Positions 55,766 to 64,000 of a DNA stretch of 64,000 bases are shown here, piece by piece (the stretch's first letter is position 1; the number at the start of each line of letters is the position of its first letter). A program made the position numbers and the translations under genes. Origin of the DNA: the human T2T-CHM13v2.0 reference genome, Homo sapiens; the NCBI RefSeq assembly GCF_009914755.1, contig NC_060928.1; one strand, written 5' to 3'. The notes under the pieces were generated by a model. The model saw nothing but the letters and a program-made list of their open reading frames with translations, did not search any database and had not been told where the DNA came from.

Positions 55766-55891
55766 CTATTTGATAGCATTTTAGCCACAGTAGAACTTCT
55801 TTCAAAATTTGTCATTCCTCCCGAGCCCTGCTGCTGCTTTATCAACTAAGTTTATGGAATATTCTAAATCCTTTGTTGTCATTTCAACAAT
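55766..55891 (+). repeat. 126-bp dispersed local copy of 54893-55018
   Basis: Direct repeat 873 bp apart with 5 mismatches. Confidence 0.92.
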
Positions 55892-55905
55892 AGAGCATAT
55901 ATGCT

Positions 55906-56417
55906 ATTACTGGGTATATACCCAAAGGATTATAAATCATTCTACTATAAAGACACGTGCACACCTATGTTTATTGCAGCACTATTCACAATAGCAAAGA
56001 CTTGGAACCAGTCCATATGCCCGTCAATGATAGACTGGATAAAGCAAATGCACATATACACCATGGAATACTATGCAGCCATAAAAAAGTATGAGTTCAT
56101 GTCCTTTGCAAGGACATGGATGAAGCTGGAAACCATCATTCTCAGCAAACTAACACAGGAAGAGAAAACTAAACACCACATGTTCTCCCTTGTAAGTGGG
56201 AGTTGAACGATAAGAACACATGGACACAGGGAGGGGAACATCACACACCAGGGCCTGTCAGTGGGTGGGGGGCTAGGGGAGGGAGAGCATTAGGAGAAAC
56301 ACCTAATGTGGATGACGGGTTGATAGGTGCAGCAAACCACCATAGCACGTGTATACCTATGTAACAAACCTGCACATTCTGCACATGTATCCCAGAGCTT
56401 AAAGTATAATTAAAAAA
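55906..56417 (+). mobile_element. 5'-truncated L1PA (L1PA7-like) 3' end inside Tigger1
   Basis: ORF track [34 protein letters not shown]; L1PA 3'UTR ending CTTAAAGTATAATTAAAAAA. Confidence 0.92.
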
Positions 56418-57416
56418 TTGGTTGTTTAATGTATACACCTTCATCAGTTGTCTTAGCTGAATCTTCTGGATAACTTGCTGCAGCTTTTTCATCAGTACTC
56501 GCTGCTTCACCTCACACTTTTATGTCATAGCAAGGGCTTCTTTCCTTAAACCTCATGAACCAACTTGTGCTAGCTTCCAGCATTTCTTCTGTGCCCGCAT
56601 CAGGTAAGAGCTTTGTCACCACTCTCAGCCTTCATAGAATTGAACAGAATTAGGACCTTGCTTTGGATTAGGCTTTGGCTCAAGGGAATGTTGTAGCTGG
56701 ATTGATCTTCTCTTCCAACCAAACATTCTCCACATCAGCAATATGCCTTTTAATTCATGTGATAACTAAAGTAGCAATTTTAATTTCCAAGAGCTTTTCT
56801 TTTGCCTTCATAACTCAACTGTTTGGGGGAAGAAGCCTAGCTTTTGGCCTGTCTTGGTTTTTGACATGTTTTCTTTACTAAGCTTGGTCATTTCTAGCTT
56901 CTGATTTAAAGTGAGAGATTGACTCTTCCTTTCACTTGAACACTTAGAGGCCATTGTAGTGTTATTAGTTAGCCTAGTTTCAGTATTGTTGTAACATCTC
57001 AGGAAATAGGGAGGCCCAAGGAGAGGGAGAGAGATGAGGGAGCAGCTGGTTGGTGGAAAAATCAGAACACAAACATTTATAGGTTAGGTTTGCTGTCTTA
57101 CATGAGCGCAGTTTCTGGCGCACCAAAATGATTACAGTAGTAACATCAAAAAATATCACAGATGACCCTAATGGCTATAATAATAATAAAGCAGTCTGAA
57201 ATATTGTGAAAATTATCAAAATATGACAGACGTGAAGCGAGCACAGGCCGTTGGAAAAATGATGCCAGCGAACTTGCCTCATACAGGGTTGCCACGAAAC
57301 TTCCATTCGTAAAAAGCTCAGTGTCTGTGAAGTGCAGTAAAGTGAAGTGCAGAGATATCCCTGTGTTTGCCTTTTCAGTAACCCTCTGCAGTTTTTCAGA
57401 TTTAAAAATTAACGTT

Positions 57417-57690
<274 letters not shown>

Positions 57691-59265
57691 TTAACCTCAT
57701 ACTTTTGGTTTTAAATAAAGAAGAGCGCCACACTTGAAAGAGCAAGACAAACTTTCATGAATATTCTCCCTGTGTATTTTTAGGACATTTAATTGTAGTG
57801 TGATGCAGCTGCCAGACTCTCAGCACAGTGTTGGAAAGCTCTGTAGTCATTAGACATTTGCCTCCACAGAAGTTTAATTCTCTGAGCCTGAGGACTGTTA
57901 GCGATGAAGCAACGCCCACCCAGAAGGAGCATTTCGCTTTTCTTTATGCATTTCAGGCTCTTAAGACTTTCAAGAAGATTTTATTTAAAATTTTCTTTTT
58001 TTGTTTTGTAGTGGTTTATGGCAGGCTTCTCATAATGTGAACATAAAGACATTTGATTATATTTGAAAATATTGTTCTTTTAGTTTGCCCACATTCTAAG
58101 TCATTAAAATGCCATTTTAAGAATGAGTTATGGAAGATATTTAAGTATCTGTGCATCAGTGCATACTGAAGCTGACGTTAGTTACATGGTTGCATTTTTG
58201 AATCATTAAGTTTATTAAACACCTAGTCTTTTACATTGTATATTTTTGTGGTAAAATATTATGGCTGTCACATGCCATTTTGAAAATGCAAATTAAAAAG
58301 TTTTTACAAAAACCAAAAGTTGCATAAATGGAAACTTATAAAAGCCCACTTAAGTAACTTAATCCAAATTTTAACATCTTAGATGCCTCTCAGCTTAATA
58401 CAGTAGCCCAAATTTTACATGTAGACAGAAGATGAAAGTTTAAAAGTTTTTCTGGAAGTTAAAAGTGATTTTCTCTTGCAGAGCATTCCCACCTAGGCAG
58501 TACCAATCAATGTCTTAATTACTTCTTGAGCTTTTAAGACTTGAAAAATGTCAGTATGATTTGTGCCCCCAAGGAGCTGGTTGCATGCATTGGAGTCCAG
58601 AAAATACAAATTAAAATTTGATTTAAATATATTTATTTCCCCTGACACACAATTCCATTATGAGACAAGTTTCACACAGGTACAGTGACAAATGCCATTA
58701 GAGATGAGAAAGACACCAATGTTTTTACTAGCAGTATTGTTTCAGACTATGCATGTTGTCATGTCGTTCTCAAGATCATCTTGTGGTAGGTATATGGTTG
58801 TATTCCCACATAAGGAATGCCACAGAGACATTCAAAGAACTTTTGTCCTTTGGTTTTGATTTGTCATGTTGGATATAATCAGGATGCATTTATCTTATGA
58901 ATCTCTGGACATTTTTTTATTTGCTCTCAAGGCTCATTTCCAAGATTCAAAAATCAGTTTTACCACTCTATAATTATTCCTATTTTCCAGAATATGTTAT
59001 GTAGTATAATTATTTATTCAATAGACTTGGCTCTGACTAGCTTCTTAAACTTTTTCCAGAACTTTTATTGTATTCACCCTCAAATGATGAACAGTGACAA
59101 CCATCAATGATATTCAAAGAATATGATATAGAAGTAAAACATTTCCAAAGTTTTATATACTATTTTGAGCCAATGTTTGGTAAGTGGGAAAACTGAATTC
59201 AAAATTGTCTACCCTATGTTTATAACTATCTAAAAATGACTATCTAAAAATAGTTATGCATGTGT

Positions 59266-59583
<318 letters not shown>

Positions 59584-60279
59584 TTATGCATGTAGACAAT
59601 ACTATAAAATAATATAAAAAGAAAATAATTTGTCTTAGTGATAGGATTGTGAATGACTTTTCTTTCTGAAAATTTCCTTTATTGTTACAGTTATGCAATA
59701 AATTAAAGTCAGTATTTTAGGCAGTCTCAACATGTTTGGATACTATGAGAGTGGACTCACAAAGGAGTCAACTGATCTTCAGACCTTTGAATTTTGCCAG
59801 TTGCCCCTCTAAGAAGCCATTCTTACAGTGTTTGTGAGCAGCGGGCTAAGATACGACAGAAAAATGTTTTTTGGCTAATGAATAATTAATTCATTCAGCT
59901 ATTATTTTGTGCCTATTCTATGGTAGGCACTCTACGAGACACATGAGGAACAAAGATATGTAAGACAAGGTCTCTGTATTTTGAGGAACTCTTATTGTAG
60001 TAGAAAAGACAAATGCAAGAACTAATAATAATTTTAAGTCAGGGTGAGTCTATTAATAGCCAGCAGTGATGCAAGAGACTGTGGTCAAAGAAGGGAAGCT
60101 AACTCTTTGTAGAGGCATCAAAAATGCTTCACAGAGGAGGTGACAGATTTGTTAAGGATATTCCAGGCCGTGGAGTAATAGGTTTTAATTTGGTGCTTTA
60201 ATTTGGAAGAATATCTCAGGAGATGGTAATATGTATTTTAGGTCTTTTTTTAGGGCTTTACAATTTTTAAAAAATATAT

Positions 60280-61200
60280 TTTGGCTTTTATTTTGAAATA
60301 ACTTTAGACTTACAAAAATTGCACAAATTGTACACAGAGATTATATATGCCCTCCATCCAGCCTCCCGTAATGCTGATATCTTCTGTAAACATAGTGTAG
60401 TTATTTAAAACAGGAAATCAACAGAGTTGGTGCTATTAACTGATCTACAGACCTTATTTGAATTTTGCCAGTTGTCTCATAAATGTCTTTGTTTTAGTAC
60501 AGCATCCAATCCAGGATCCCACATGGATTTACTTGTCATATCTCCTTAATAGCCTCTAATTTGTAACAGTTCCTTTGTCTGTCTTTGTCTCTCATGATCT
60601 TTTTGAAGAGTTCTGGCTAGTTGCTTTGTACCGTTTGCTTCAATTTTGGGTTCTCTGGTATTCCCCTGTGAATACATTGTGGTTATGCATTTTTGGCAAC
60701 AATACTAAGGAAGTTATATTGTGCCTTTTCAGTGAATCATAACAGAAGGTATATGATCTCAATATATCTCATTACTGGTGAAGTTAGTGTTGGTCACTTG
60801 GTTAAGCAAGTGCCTTCTAGGTTTCTCCACCTGTACATTTATAATTTTTTTATAGAAATGAATATCTTGCAGGGAAATACTTTGAGAGTGTGCAATACCT
60901 TGTTTCTCATCATACTTTCACCCGTTAATGTTGGTATCCACTCATGGTTCTTGCCCACACCAGTTATTACTGTGGTGTTTGCCAAATAGTAGTTTTATAT
61001 TTCCACATTTCCTTCTACATTTATTAACTTGATAAGGAAGAGCTATCCCTTCTCCCCTATTTACTTACTTATTCAATTATTTATGTCAGTATGGATGAAA
61101 GAATATTTTATTCTATGGGTTATAATTCCTTACTATCATTTTACTGGCTCAGATGTGGTCAATGGGAGCTTCTTCAAGTTGGAGTCTGTGTCCTTTGACA
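60280..61200 (-). mobile_element. L1MC-type 3' fragment
   Basis: TTTATTTTGAAATAA.TTTAGACTTACA, CCAATCCAGGATCCCACAT and CATTACTGGTGA..TCACTTGGTTAAG. Confidence 0.7.
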
Positions 61201-61695
61201 TATTTAAGGATATATGGGGAGTAAGGATTATAGGGAACCTTGTTAGGTTCATGATTAGACCGTATGACCAACAAAAATACAGTAGCAATTCTGTATCTCA
61301 GTGACTGCTCAAGGTTTACTCTTCTCAGGTTTCTTCTAATGCTGCACCTTCTCTCCGTGTGTGTCTACAGACTCCTGATTTTGATTCTTTGCACACATCT
61401 CCAGGTTTCCATGCCACTCTTTGTCTCTTTCAGCGTGTTTGGCATTAAGCCCCTAGATACTAGGATATGTCTGGTGGAGTTGGTTGGTTATTGCCCAGTA
61501 TAAGAGCATCATTATAGAACATTAGCCTCCACATTCTTGCCTATAGCTGGCTGCTTTTAGGTAAACACCCATACTTTATTTTAAACAGTTGCTGTGGTTT
61601 GAGTCATATGGCACTGCAACCTAAGTGCAATGAACTTGGCTCAGAAGGAGCTGTGGGTATTGCAGGCATCTAGAAATTCGATGACTGCGTGATTC

Positions 61696-61925
61696 CATGA
61701 TTCTCAACAGGAGGCAGTTTTGCCCATGAGGAGACATTTGGAAATTTCTGGAGACATTGTTGGATGTTATGACTGGCGTAGGGTGGGGTATGCTACTGGC
61801 ATTAATGGGTAGAGGCCAGGGATGCTGCCACATATTCTACAGTGCATAGGAAAGGCCTCCAAAACAAAGAATTGCCAGCGTTACTGGGCCCAAAACATCA
61901 GTAGTGCCAAGGTTGGGAAACCATG
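61696..61925. mobile_element. MER20
   Basis: ATTCTCAAC..TTTTGCCC..GACATTTGG..TCTGGAGACATT..TGCTACTGGCAT..GGGTAGAGGCCAGGGATGCTGC..GCCAAGGTTGGGAAACC. Confidence 0.88.
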
Positions 61926-63097
61926 ACTTAATTTGATGGATATAAAGAGGAAAGATATGGGAGTATTAAGGGAAAAGCAAGTGGTTTTGAAATGGCCAGG
62001 GTAAGGAGTGTAGATATGTGTGTGTAATAGAATGTGGGTGTTTGAAATCAAATAGGTAGGCAAGGACAAGATTATGTAGCGCATACAATGCATTTCCAAG
62101 AGATTTGGACCTCATCCATTGGGCTATGGGTTACCCTTGAGAAATTGTAAGAGGATTAATTTGCATTTTAGAAAGTTTACTCTGGAGATTATGAAATGAG
62201 TTTACGAAGATGATCAAATCCTGAAAGATTGAATGTCCCCAAATGTGGGAAGCTGTTTTAGACAATATTATTTCAAACTTTTAACATATTTTACAGTTTC
62301 CTAAATGCTTATGGGAAGTAGCTCCTAAACTTTATTCCAGATAGGAAGCAGACATTCCTAAAGAAATGCCACTGGTTTCATAGGGTAAAGATTTGGTTTT
62401 GGCAGGAAATGAAAAAGATAAAGTGGGTCAGGATAGTGGAGTGTCTTAAGTCCACGGACAGAGAGTATTATTTGGTTGGAGATTTTACAAAATCTTCATA
62501 AGGATTGGAAAGGAGTGGCATTTTATTTCTAATTTTAGGGTTTAAAAAGAGCATTAACTTTCCCTGTGCTTTTTGTTATCAAACTATTTGAGAAGTTTGT
62601 GGCAGAACAGATATCAGGACTATTACTCAGAAGTAATGCTAGCATTGTGGGTAAACACTACCTTTTAATATGTGCTACTGAGCTTGTGAACATTTTTCAC
62701 TAGCATATACCTGACATAACTATTCATTATCTGTGTCTGTGAAGTGCAATTATATTTGGGAAAACCTGCTATTGCAGTATGAAAAGTACTGCAGTATTTT
62801 ACCCTCAACAAGATATTTTATTTATGAATGACTTAAAACAGACACTGTGACAACAAAAAATGAATACAAACATGCTTTTTGGTAACAAAAGAAAATAATA
62901 CTTTTCCTTAAAATTGTTTGAGTGCCACAGAAAATAAATGGTCCAGTATTCATAAGACTGGTCATGACAGTCTTATGACAGTCATGTCATAAGTGACATA
63001 CAGTTTATTGACATAAGTGAAAATGCTTCTACGCTTTGGCTAATCATATGTGTTATCAAAATGATTATTTAAAATAATTTATTAAAATAATTTTAAT

Positions 63098-63410
<313 letters not shown>

Positions 63411-64000
63411 TTAATTTAAAATATTATATTAAAATGATCTATGGAACAACTAGCCATACTTTATTTTTTAAAATCAGAAGTCTGTCTTCCCAAAATAAAA
63501 AATTTCTTAACTATGGAAAAGGAAATTTTTTTGAAGAGGTGCCTAATCTCCATTAATGATTTGGCTTTTCATGCAGTTGTATTTGCAGTTTGTGTACTAA
63601 TATATTTAGGCGAATTTGGTGACATTATATTGTATAATGGTTCCTGGTTAATGGCTTATTTGAGCTATATCTAGAGCAATTTAGCACTGATACTGTATAG
63701 GAAAATGAGAGAACGGGATTAAATTCGTGGATGTTTTGCACGGAAGTTTTTAATAGGATAATTTATTTGAGCAAACATCCAGTCTATTTAATGAATCTGG
63801 AATGCTGTGGAGCTCAGAAGTCCTTAATATGTATTCACTGAGAGCCCCCCTTACCTGCCTAGCTCATTCAGATGAAGTGAGGTCCCTGTTCTTCAGGCAT
63901 CAAACTCTATTTGATGAGGAAATCTAAAACACATAATGAGAGAAGTGACAAAAGGCTCGTGGATACTACTAGCCAGCCAGAAGACAGAAGTGTGAGCCAG

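Overview
This is primate (human-like) genomic DNA containing the 5' end of DCLK2 (doublecortin-like kinase 2) on the + strand. It holds a CpG-island promoter (~11.4-12.9 kb), coding exon 1 (12347-12767, first DCX domain), a 23.35-kb intron 1, exon 2 (36118-36452, linker plus most of the second DCX domain) and the first ~27.5 kb of intron 2. The remainder is mostly interspersed repeats: about 20 Alus, several L1s including a near full-length antisense L1PB and a 5'-inverted L1MA, a near full-length Tigger1, MaLR/ERV LTRs, MER5/20/30, L2/MIR, and a U2 snRNA fragment. I found no evidence of a wholly new gene system. The best leads are: a reconstituted 5' splice site at the exon 1/exon 2 junction (candidate recursive/re-splicing exon); two short uORFs; a very recent, microhomology-flanked ~330-bp tandem duplication of an AluSp; an L1 insertion with a templated local copy and an apparent target deletion; and several fold-back templated-insertion scars. 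Repeat subfamily names come from recalled consensus sequences, and repeat boundaries are approximate.
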